DNA of 64,000 bases. It comes from Massalongia carnosa. Lineage: Eukaryota. The stretch is taken from the NCBI GenBank assembly GCA_965645245.1, contig OZ287067.1:1612001-1676000 (forward strand). Direction: 5' to 3'. A program made the position numbers and the translations under genes. Positions 14,538 to 25,412 of this stretch are shown here, piece by piece (positions within the stretch are counted from its first letter, which is position 1; each line of letters starts with the position of its first letter). The notes under the pieces were generated by a model. That model searched no databases. It was not told the DNA's origin and saw only the letters and a program-made list of their open reading frames with translations.

Positions 14538-17500
14538 TCATTTCCTCCTTGATTTCCCTCGCTCCACCCTTTGCCTTGAGCTCGCCATTTCTCCCCATCT
14601 ACCTCGTTCCCGGGTTGTATCGTAAGCTTGCAACACCCTGTTCTGGCTTTCGTCCGCCTGGCTGAAAGCATAGCCCCGTTGCTTTCGCATCCTCTGCACT
14701 TGACGAACTTTTCGGATCGCTTTCTGGAACTGCTCCATCCGCGGTCGGTAATCTTGTATGTTGTATTTCTGGATTTCTTGCACGTGGTGATAAGTCTGTG
14801 GGCGGTACATTCGTTTCAGATATTTCCACGAAATGTCACGGAGAAGAGAAAGCACCGGAAGGAGAATGGCCATTAGCCAAAACACAGGGGAGGTGAAGAG
14901 TCGCGTTGTAACCCCATCATACTCTGTTGAGAACCCAATTTTAGGGGCCACGGTTGCGTACACAGGGATAAAAGCAAGCCATATCACCATGCTACCTGGA
15001 ATGGCAAGAAAGGTATACTTAGTCCATACGTTAGTTACCAGCGCAGCTTTGCCAAGCACGGTAGCCAAAACAGCTGTGTATAATGCAGTCCCCCACACCC
15101 AGTGACCTGCAACTTTGCCGTCACCTTGCGGGAGATCCCAATACCAGATCAGCTCGGAGATGAAGTACGCGATGAGAGAATGATAGAAGCCGTTGAGAAT
15201 CCACGAGAAAAAGGTGTGCATCTTGAAAAATACCCCTTTCTGGCCCAGCTGGTAGAGTTGCGGGTACCTATCTAGAAGACGAGCTGAGATGAACTGGTCA
15301 AAGATACCCATGACAAGAGGAGGGAGAACGGTGAAGAAGACGTTGTAGAAAGAAAGGGTCCAGGACTCAAAGATAACTTCGCCCGAAAAGGAATTCTGAA
15401 ATGAGTACTAAAATGCGTCAGTACTCGAACCACGTTATCATTAAGAGGGGTAGAAACCCCACCCAAAACTGCGTCATGTATAAAGCAATGTTTTTATAAA
15501 AAGAATATAGGATGACCTTTGAAATTCGCTGGTAACTCCAAGCACCATGTACAAGTAGTAGTTTTCGAAGATATCGGAATTGCCCTATGGCCACATCAGC
15601 ACTACGTGCTGCCTGAAGACCTTCAACTCCGCTAATGCCAACCCCAACGTGAGCTGCCTGGATCATTGAGACGTCATTGGCGCCATCGCCGATGGCAAGG
15701 AGAATTGCTTTCAAATTTCTTTTTACTAGCTTGACAACCAAGGCTTTTTGTAGCGGAGAAACTCGGCTAAAATCAATGTCAGGGCGTAGCTTATGGGCTC
15801 CTTAGAAGACACGTACCAGCATATTACTGCTTTGCATTTGATAGCAAGATCAAGAAAAAGTTTCTCCATTTCCTTTTCCAAGGCGAAGGTCAAGGATTTT
15901 CCATCAATGACAAGCGCCAGGGTTTCCAGCTCCGAACCACTGGGGGATTGGCTTGTGATGGCGTTGAGTTTTTTTGTCAAGTTGTCCATTGTAGCTTCTG
16001 AGTTATCTTCGTTCACAATCAAAAGAGTCATGTCCTCGCTAATTAATTTGCAACTCATACCTATGTTAATGGCAGTCTCTTGTCTATCACCAGTGAGAAC
16101 CCATATCTTGATACCTGCCTCCTGCAGGGTATGGATTGTATCAGGCACGCCATCCTGTAGCTTATCCTCAATAGCTGTAGCACCAAGAAGAAAAAGATTA
16201 TGCTCAATAATTTCAGCGGCTTTGTCAAGCTCGTCAGCACGGTTTCCGCTGACGGTGGTGGATGCTTTTTCAAATATTTGCCACCATTGCTGGAACTCCT
16301 CTTCGGGAATTTCACGCATGGCAAGACACAAAGTTCGTAGTCCTTCAGTTGCATACTCTTCCAAGTGCTGCAACGTTGCTTCGACTATTGGATTGTCTTT
16401 ACTCAAACGTTCCAGAATAACGGTGTCAGCTCCTTTACAATAACAGCGTACTTTGCCATCAGGGCATCTGAATATCGTTGACATCCGTTTCCGCGTCGAG
16501 TTGAACTCGCATACTGCAAGCAGCTCGTACTCATGGTCTTGGCCTGCTACAGTAATTGTGACAGAGCGTGGTCTGCGAGCTGTAAATTGATACCCAAGAA
16601 TCACCGCACCCTCAACGAGAGCCCCTTCATCAGGTGAAGCGGCTTGGTATTTGATTTCGCCTGGCTTCTCGTCTCTTCTCTCGGGTATAACAGTGTGGCA
16701 AGTTGATAAAAGCGCCAGGAAATGGTGGATCGCCGTTCGACTTTCATGAGTTTTGAGATTTTCGCGAAGCCTGTTGAAGTCATGAATGCCAACCTCGACT
16801 CCATTCTGGTTAGTTGCTCTTTTATCGTCAGGCACATGATCCGCATACTGTATCCCGCCAATCGAGCATTGTTTGAATTCCATCATATTACACGTCAGCG
16901 TCCCTGTTTTGTCTGAAAATATGTACTCAATTTGGCCCAATTCTTCGACCAAAGAGGATGTGCGGCAAATGGCAGCTGTATCAGTCCGGTCATAGTATAT
17001 GTCAAGGTCTGAATTAATCAGGAAAGCATGATAATACTTGACTATCTCGATCGTGACAAACAGCGATATTGGTACGAGGTTTGAGTATAGGACCCAATAT
17101 GTGAAAATATCCGAGAAAAATTGTTTCCCACCGTTAGTACTACCATAGTAGAGGTATTGGAGCTTTTTCTTCGCAGTAGCTCGAACAATAAGATCGCCAA
17201 CGGAACTAACTATGCTCAGAGAAACGAGAATTCCCACTAGCATCAGGATTTGGATGTTGACCATCCGCTCTACGTGTGTCCGCTTGATAGGTGTTGCCGT
17301 TGCATTGCGCATGAGCTTTGTCTCGTGCCCGGTAAAAACCACGATGCCGTGGATCCAGGGGGTATTCCTTAAAGTTGCCCCACGTAAAAGCAGCTGATCT
17401 GGTGCTAAAGGTAATTCTTTCTCTCCCCCTCCAGCTAACATAGTAAGTGTTGCCTCGTACGTATACAAGCTGCTGTTTGGCTGCTCAGAGCGGACTTTTC

Positions 17501-18749
17501 CGGAGAGACGGCTAAGCTCACTGGGGCTGACAAGATTCGCGGTCTCTGGAATCGCTTGCTTTATCTTTAAATTGGTCTCTCCATCAAGATTTGCAGTCTC
17601 AATATAACACAATCCCTCGGGCTCAGAACTCGCTAGGAGCACCAGGTCGGCAGGAAATGGCTCCTCTGATTCGACCCTTACAATATCTCCTACCGCTACG
17701 TTAACCCATCTGATATTCTCAAAGCTAGAACCTCGTAAAACTCTAGCTTTTGAATGGTTCAGAGACTTGTCTGAAGTCTTCCGTTTGAAATCCTCAATCA
17801 ACTCCTTTCCCGCGGAGACCAACAGAACAACAATCAACGGTCCAATGGTAGTGTATCGGTTTGTGGGCGAGATGTTCGGAATTTGCTGCAATGCCGCAGT
17901 AAATAAAAAGAATAAATTGGCGTATTTAGAAAATTGTTCGAATAAAAATTTTGGAAGGAATGTTGCAGTATTATACTTTGCCGTTGAGACATGATTATCC
18001 ACATAGCGGTTGGCAGCATTTGCAGGAGGATTGTTGAGATGTATGAGCCTCGGACCCATCATTGAGGGATCCGGCTTACCCCTTCCGAACCCAAATTTGA
18101 ACTTCCCTGACCTAGATTTCCTGATTCCTGTTTGCTTCCCTTGACCGTCAGCTCCATCGCTGTCCAGCCTAGACTGCCCCAATCTGGTTTCTGTTAATGG
18201 CACATCCATCTCTGAGTATTCTGGCACCATCCCGAGCATGTTTTTTGCCTTTCCCATTATACCACCACCCATGCTGAGTACACTATTCCGAGTTCTTCCA
18301 CGCCCACCCCGTCCATCACTTCCCGCAAGGGGAGTGTCACCATCCTCTAAGCCTCCAGCGTTATAATATTCCCCATGACTTGACCGGTCATCGTCTGGAT
18401 GGTCATCTATATCTGAATACCGCTGATAATCATTCAAGCCTGATGTCTGCAGTTGTGTAGGCACGGTTGCAACCCCAAGGTAAGGAGGAAAGGGTTGTGC
18501 TTTCCGCGGTGGACCGGGTCCTCCTGGAAGACCGGCTGTTGATGGGTGGCCTCCTACGAATTCATCATATGATACTGACGGACGAGGTTGCAGGGTGTCT
18601 GGACGGTTGACCTCATGTTGTTGGGTAGGATTATCGCTGAGCGGAGAATGCTCTCTATCATTACTTGCCGAGCTAGTATCGTCAAGATCAAGGAGAAGAC
18701 CGCTCTTAACCGCTGACGGCTGCTGACGATTTTGGCCTGGCTCAGCCAT
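14538..18749 (-). CDS. DRS2: P4-type phospholipid-flipping ATPase (2 introns near 15410-15465 and 15767-15816)
   Basis: [43 protein letters not shown]-terminal RGYAFSQ motif. Confidence 0.95.
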
Positions 18750-19113
18750 GCCTGATTAAACCCGCAGTCACACCTGACAACAATCGAATCTGCCAAAGCA
18801 AGCGCGAGAAAAAGTGCTCCAACATTAAAGGAACATTACATTGAAAAAATCCTACTAAAGGTATATTCTTGTCATTTGGCGTTAGTTGCGAAGTCATGGA
18901 TCTCGTAGCAGATGCATAGCCCATATTCCGTACCGTTAGGTTTCATACCGCAAGCGTACTCTGTATAGATTCCCGACTAGCGCTAGCCAGAAGCTGACTA
19001 GCTGATGGCGTTAGAGCTATTTGTTCAAACCGAGTACTCCGTACAGAGTAAATGCTTCACCCTTCATCCTCTAGCATAAAATTTCTCACCCACACTCTCC
19101 GAAATCACTCCAA

Positions 19114-20369
19114 ATGCCTCGATATCTCAAACGCAAGCGAGATGCTGCTATAGATCCTGCTGGACTCTTAAACTGTTAGAAGGGACTGAAGATACTTCAC
19201 CAGGCGATGTTTTAAATAAGGTCAAAATTCTCGCCAATGCTGCAGCAAATGCAGCCCAGGACAATGTATATAATCTAGCTGTTATCTGATTCTTTTTGAA
19301 GCAAGCTGATTCAAACATCAAAACCCTAGGTGGAATCGATCCCTGCCTCTTCAATCACAGAGATGGATCGTCTGCTGATGCACTTACCTGAAATTGTCAA
19401 TACCTATCCTGAGACTATCTGGATGACCGAAGCCGTCACAAATGAGCGGAAGCCATATCACCCAGAGCTGAGTATGAGCCTGTATGCTAGTACATTAATA
19501 TCATGTTAATGAACGTGAGGTAGTGGCTTCTTTTAACTTAATCAGAAACTCAAGTCATTGGTGGGGCTGGATGCGCTGTGAAGCGATGTGTCGAACCCCA
19601 GTTGACTTAATTCTAATTGATCGCATCGCTGCACATAACGAACATAACCCTAAGAAGAAACTTTTTATTGAAGGGGAACAGACATCGTAACTCTCTGCAG
19701 CCCCGATGCACCTAAGAAGATCATTAGTGGCATAGCAGACTATGTCCTAGGTTACAAGGATAAACATAGTACATTGAACATCTGCAACAGCTTCGTCGCG
19801 ATTGATGCAAAGCGCACTGGAACGCTGGAGTCTGCTGTACCCCAATGTTCTGCCTACATGGGTAAGCAGCTTCCATCATAGCCTGTAACATAAATTGACA
19901 TGTGATACAGTAGGCATACAGCAGCAGCGACAGCAAGTTGATAAGTCAATTCAGGTGGTATATGGAGCTGTTACCAATGGTATAGAGTGGGTGTTCATCC
20001 GTCTTGATTCAAAGCAACATCTTTCTCGTTCAGTCAATATCAGTATGCTTCTCAACCGATCTCACATGTAAGCCTTTCTAGCTTGCAACCAGTTTGGGCT
20101 GTCAGAAGATCTTGAATTAATCATACTAACAAGTCGAGTATAGCTTCTCATTCCTTGATGGCATCCTTTATGCTGCAGCGTGCTCATCGCCAACAACTAC
20201 CCAACTTAAGATTGCAGCTGGTCAACCCATGAGGTTTACCGATCACAGTGATTTCTCCGCCGTGGTCGAAGAGCCGCCTTTTAAGGACTTCAAAACACTT
20301 CCTGAGGAATGGCAGAATTTACTTGTGGAAATTGACGATGAAAATGATGAAGAGGATGTATTTCGTTGA
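19114..20369 (+). pseudogene. Frameshifted intron-containing gene for a PD-(D/E)xK restriction-endonuclease-fold-like protein
   Basis: Manual translation: EAMCRTPVDLIL ... SGIADYVLGY ... FVAIDAKR ... AVPQCSAYM ... VYGAVTNGIEWVFIRLD; four GT-AG introns; frameshifts at ~19168 and ~19680. Confidence 0.65.
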
Positions 20370-20639
20370 TCACGCCTAGATTTGGACCTATCAAGGGTAG
20401 TTACTCAAATATGTATTACTTTAGCTTCTGCAGATCCACGTCTAACTATAAGTAGAAAATATTTCCATTTTCCCCTCCATATGTGGACCGCCATCCGAAC
20501 TACTCTTCTTCGAACCGAGGCATCCAAGCTTTTTTTAAACCATAGTTAGCTATATTCCATCAAGACTCCAAACTACATTTTTCATTTCAACCGCCGTTTC
20601 TCGTCACAGAATAAATTCTGGCCTTGACCAAAATCAATC

Positions 20640-21160
20640 ATGGTATGCGCCAAATGCCAAAAGCTCCAAAAGAAAACCGAGCTTGCCACGCCGGGCGTGA
20701 AACGAAAGAACGAAATGTACTATGGATCTTCCGCCTCATCTACTGTCAAATCGAGTGACAAAAGCAAGTCTTCGGCTACGTTGGGCATGACGGGCATTGG
20801 CAAGGTAAAGCAACTGGATTTTTCTTCTTTCCGATTGGTTAGTAAGCTTCGGGAGCTAACCACCTGCCTCTATTATATCTACAGAGCAAGTTGTTGAGCA
20901 AAAGTGCCAAGAACCCCTACGACGCTTATTCCAGCTCATGTATAACATGCAAGAAAAAGATCGATCAAGGGAGGACGCTTTGTCATAGATGCGCATACAA
21001 GGCCAACAGTGAGCGGATCGAAAACGCTCAACGGCGGTGGGTAGGCACAAAAGCTAATGGGTTTCGATCAGCGTGCGCAATGTGCGGCAAAAGCCAGAAT
21101 AAAGGATCCTCGCCCGGGGAGGCCCCAATTGTTCAAGGCCAACGTTTTTCCGCCAAGTGA
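20640..21160 (+). CDS. CRIPT: Cysteine-rich PDZ-binding protein (CRIPT) homolog, 3 exons
   Basis: MVCAKCQK..LATP, SKLLSKSAKNPY, CxxC pairs (CITC, CHRC, CAMCGK). Confidence 0.88.
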
Positions 21161-21722
21161 TCAGTTGTGGGATAAGTATTCAACGATATGATGACACAAT
21201 AACTTTTGAATCAAAATCGTAACTTTAACCCCCGAGGACTTCGATGACGAGTGGCATACACCATACACGTTGTCTTGATAAAACATGATGGAGTTTCAAC
21301 GGCAACTGGTATGGTTTTCGAAACAACTCCATCCTCTAGCACTTTTCACAAGATAGAACAATAGTAATACCGAATTATTTCAAGCAAAGAGATAGCTTGA
21401 ACATCAAACCGCATGCCGGTAGACCTATCATGAATGTTAGAAAATGATGTCCCAGAGCGGCTGATAACACGGGAGGTGCTTGTGTAGGATGGCAGTCCCT
21501 TCCGTGGAATCGGTAGGGTAGCAGAAGACATTGTTAACAGTTTAACAAGCTGGGAAAATAGAATTATTGATTTCATAATGAAGGTTAAGATTACCGACCG
21601 CTATCGAAATGGGGTATATGAGGGCTATGCCTTGCCGCCTCGTCCATAGGCGTAATCTCTCTTAGCATTCCCTATCACCTCTCCCATAAGAGAACCCTTC
21701 TTCAGCAACACCTTCCCCTCTT

Positions 21723-23117
21723 TCATTCCTTGTCCCTCTCGTCAGAGTAGTCTCCCTCAGCATATCCCTCATCTATCATCCCATCCGCCTCATCCTCCAC
21801 CTCAAATTTCGTGCCCAATGCTTCCTTTCCCTCTTTAATCATAGCCTTGAGCTGTTTGTTGAGCCGCTTCAAATGGGCATCGTCCTCAAGTTCCCGCCTT
21901 CTTATTCTCGCCGCGTGCCGTTGCACCTTAACGCTAACAGGACTCTCATACATCGGAGACGTTGCCGGGGACCTTGGGGAGGCAAACGAGGCCGGCCGAT
22001 CAGCACGTAATCCTGGGGATCCAGCGAACGATGTAGAAGGTCTTGACGCTGGTAATATAGGCCTCCGTCCAGCCCTGCTTACAGGCCTTCGTCCTGGACT
22101 ACCTGCTGGAGGCATTTTCCTTGTTGAGATTCGGGTAGGACTTGATTCCCGAGAAGCTTGAACGTTGCCAACCATCACCCAGCTTGCGCGCAAATCGCCT
22201 TCCCCTTTCTCTCGTTGGATCTTCTTCGCAGGCCGTGGAGGACTAGTGTGGTTTTGCGACATGTAATCGGGTATGAAGTCTTCCTCGGGAAAGCGACCGG
22301 GAAGTGAGGTTATTCCCCCGTTCATGCTGAAAACATTGTTCTTTTCTTTCAGCGCCTCTAGGTTACTTGGATCGGAGCTTGCCAGCTGCGGTGATGTGTG
22401 CATTCGATATCCTTGACCTCCTCCCGCATAAAACCCACGGAAAGCGTTCATCTTGCAGAAATCCCATACTTTTCCAGCAACGTTGTAGACCGCCTTCCCC
22501 CACCCCGCTCGGCTAGACTGTGAGTTTTGGAGTCTTGAACGACCGTTTGCTTCCCTGCCCAAGACAGGGGAAAGCTGAGGGAAATAACCATCCAAACTAC
22601 TACCGCTACTTCTATCCCAACCTCTTCCCCAGCGCAGAGTTAGATCGGGTGAAGTCGCATAGACATTGTCTTGTTCTATTGCTGATTCAAATGCAGCACC
22701 AGGCGTATCCAGCCCCCCTGCGAGCTTATATTGAGTGTTGACAAGTGGCACTGGACTCATCACCCCAGGACTGATCAGGGTGGATGACAAGCCGGAAGCT
22801 GTAGGCGACCAAGCGTCGTGGTCATAGTAACTGGAAACTTCTGGCTGTTCCGGGATATACGCTTTTTGCCGCGCACGCTTTCTGCTGGCGGTGCCATTCG
22901 CATGATCGCTCCAGAAAAAGGCCGTGGATCGGTGGAGTGAGGTTGAGGCCGATGGCGTCCTTGGCGGCTGGAAGATGTGGGATTTTGCGCCCGCGTGAAT
23001 GTCGAGTTTAGGTGGAAGAGTGGGATAGGAGCCAGTAACAGATATTTGAGTCGCCATCCGTTGCGCTGGAATGTGCGGAGAGTGCTCTGGGGAAAAATAG
23101 AAGCTTTGGCCTATCAT
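21723..23117 (-). CDS. Conserved fungal hypothetical protein, S/P-rich, C-terminal coiled coil
   Basis: 464-aa ORF; VAGKVWDFC...FRGFYAGGG and RLNKQLKAMIKEGKEALGTKFEV blocks. Confidence 0.8.
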   Translation of the reverse strand: MIGQSFYFSPEHSPHIPAQRMATQISVTGSYPTLPPKLDIHAGAKSHIFQPPRTPSASTSLHRSTAFFWSDHANGTASRKRARQKAYIPEQPEVSSYYDHDAWSPTASGLSSTLISPGVMSPVPLVNTQYKLAGGLDTPGAAFESAIEQDNVYATSPDLTLRWGRGWDRSSGSSLDGYFPQLSPVLGREANGRSRLQNSQSSRAGWGKAVYNVAGKVWDFCKMNAFRGFYAGGGQGYRMHTSPQLASSDPSNLEALKEKNNVFSMNGGITSLPGRFPEEDFIPDYMSQNHTSPPRPAKKIQREKGEGDLRASWVMVGNVQASRESSPTRISTRKMPPAGSPGRRPVSRAGRRPILPASRPSTSFAGSPGLRADRPASFASPRSPATSPMYESPVSVKVQRHAARIRRRELEDDAHLKRLNKQLKAMIKEGKEALGTKFEVEDEADGMIDEGYAEGDYSDERDKE

Positions 23118-23383
23118 ATGGCTAGGTCTACCGAAAGCTGGAGGAAGCCGAGGTGAGGTGGGAGGTGGGGCATTGCACGGGGCAACGGCGTAATGTAAAT
23201 AAAGCTAATTCTTTATCACGCATCTCTTTCAAAACACTTCGTACATAGGTTTCCGAGCGTTGTACGAAGGATGACGCCGAAAGTCCTTGCTAACGCTAAA
23301 TATGCAGCTAAAAAAGCCACTTTACATGGGTATATTTGCATGGATAGATATGGGAATCAATACCGGGACACCCCTTTTCACTA

Positions 23384-25257
23384 CAGAGGCGAATCTCAAA
23401 AGTAATGATAATACGCTAAAGACTAGCGCCGTAATTTAGATTTTCCATACCGAGCCTGAAATTCTATCAACTATCTACAAATGCCATTACCAACCATCTA
23501 ATCAACGTCTTTTTGGTCTGAAACTGGCTGCAGTACGAATAACCTTCTGAATGCGTGGGGGAAGGTGATTTTTCGGAGATAAAACGGCTCTTTTTCTCAA
23601 TAAGGGGGGTGTCAATGGCTTCTGTGTAGGGGGCTCAGGGGTAACTGCCCTGACATTAAACGGGCTGGGTGTATCATCATTTGATTGTCTGGATGATGGT
23701 CTCGTTGACGCCACAGAAGAAGAAGAAGAAGAAGAAGAAGAAGAAGCTGGTTTTGCTGTATTACTGAGCAATTCTTCCCTCAGCTGTTGAAGTCGCATTT
23801 TTCCTTCTTTGGTCCGTCCATCAACGTCCGAACGTCCTTCGCAATACTCATTTCCACCTTCCAATTCAACGACTTTTGCAATGTGACGTGGAATTCTTTC
23901 AATCCATGCCTGAATATTCCCCTGAGGTAGATCGTCCCAAGTGCGATGCCACATAGATTCAGCAATTAACCGAGAACTAGGAGGACCTTTGGCAGTTGTA
24001 CGTCGCTTCATCCAGGGCCAGCAGGGTTCAATCATGTTGAGATCAGGAGAATTTCCGGGCCATAAAAGACGCTCGATGCCATGACGAGAGAAGATGGGAA
24101 TCTGATGCTTGGAAGCATGAGACGGAGCCTTATCTTCCTGTACGATCATTTCAGACAATCCGGCTTCTCTTCTTTTTGCATTGCATTGCTGAGCAAAAGG
24201 AATCAGTTTTGGCAGAAGTATGACGTTTTGATACCGCCACCAATCAATGCCTCCTTTACCTTCTTTTCTGATCATCTTTCCATGTTCCTCATCCCATTTC
24301 CATTGCGGCTTTTTTCCTGGTAAATTGCGAGTTGAAAGACGTCTCATTCCATTGGTCAGCTCCCAATTTAATCTCTCACTGGCTTCCAATGCAGCATTCA
24401 TCTCGTCAAGCTTGGTTTTGGCTTCCGCTTTTTCCGCTTTTGTCTCCGGTTTCCAGCAATGACATGGCCCCTTCCAATCGTAGGAAAAGCATCCCCAAAA
24501 CATGAATTCATGAGCCCCATGCCACCTGGCACGTACGGTGGATTTGACTGGTCTTCTTCCTTCCTTGGTTGTACGCCAAATTTTGACAGCTCCGCGACGG
24601 TGACCAAGCACTATTGCTGTTTCATCTGACCAAATAACCCGCTTCCAATCCTCCACGGTCCAGTCTTTATACAGGAGACAAAAAGCCAGTCTAGCCGCTT
24701 TCATTTCAGGAGTAAGCCCTGGTCTATACGACGGTTTGACTTTTTTATAGCCTCTTTGTTTCAGGATTCTCCACACGGTGCATCTGGACAGTCCAACTTC
24801 TCTTGCCAACTGGGCACTGGTTTTTTCACGGGCGTATCTGTCATTTATGACTAGATCAATGACTTCATCTTCTTTCTCAGTAGTAGCCTTTCTCGGTCGA
24901 CTAGATTTTTCTTCATGACGGGCGTATTTATCAAGCACCTGCAAAGAAATGGCGGGATCAAATCCTCGATCCCTGGCAATGCGACGAATACGATAAATGT
25001 TGAGGACAGAATAACCTGTAGTAGCTGCAATAAATTCAATTGAGGCCGGGGTGCAATAAGACAACGTCAAGACCTGAGCCCGCAAAGAAATATCAGCTGA
25101 TTTATTGACCATGATGATGATTTGATCAAATGTTGGTTCGTAAATGATTTGGGATGAGAAAAGGGGAAAGAAAAGGGGAAAATTTGCTCGGTACGGAAAA
25201 TTTAAATTACGGCACTAGCTTTTAGCGTATTATCATTACTTTTGAGATTCGCCTCCG
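23384..25257 (-). mobile_element. Tc1/mariner element A (innermost, intact ORF) inserted in the MULE left TIR
   Basis: 72-bp TIRs 23384-23455 and 25186-25257 (6 mismatches), TA TSD 23382-83 and 25258-59. Confidence 0.95.
23502..25112 (-). CDS. Tc1-family DD34E transposase
   Basis: HTH region, VIWSDET, VQEDKAPSH, WPGNSPDLNMIE; 34 residues between second D and E. Confidence 0.93.
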   Translation of the reverse strand: MVNKSADISLRAQVLTLSYCTPASIEFIAATTGYSVLNIYRIRRIARDRGFDPAISLQVLDKYARHEEKSSRPRKATTEKEDEVIDLVINDRYAREKTSAQLAREVGLSRCTVWRILKQRGYKKVKPSYRPGLTPEMKAARLAFCLLYKDWTVEDWKRVIWSDETAIVLGHRRGAVKIWRTTKEGRRPVKSTVRARWHGAHEFMFWGCFSYDWKGPCHCWKPETKAEKAEAKTKLDEMNAALEASERLNWELTNGMRRLSTRNLPGKKPQWKWDEEHGKMIRKEGKGGIDWWRYQNVILLPKLIPFAQQCNAKRREAGLSEMIVQEDKAPSHASKHQIPIFSRHGIERLLWPGNSPDLNMIEPCWPWMKRRTTAKGPPSSRLIAESMWHRTWDDLPQGNIQAWIERIPRHIAKVVELEGGNEYCEGRSDVDGRTKEGKMRLQQLREELLSNTAKPASSSSSSSSSSVASTRPSSRQSNDDTPSPFNVRAVTPEPPTQKPLTPPLLRKRAVLSPKNHLPPRIQKVIRTAASFRPKRR

Positions 25258-25412
25258 TACCTTGACACCCTACATTAACACCCCCCAAGTAAGCTAACCA
25301 AATCGGGTTGTTTATCCGTTCCGGAGCTGGAACTTCGAAAATTTCTGCACTCATATCTGCATGCATTCCATTCGTCATTGATTGCATGCACATTAACCAA
25401 TCAGCTATCAAT

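Noticed and set aside
19270..19450. Run of in-frame TGA codons suggesting CpG decay or readthrough
   Set aside because: They vanish once an intron (GTATAT...CCCTAG) is spliced and the open frame MHLPEIVNTYPE is used
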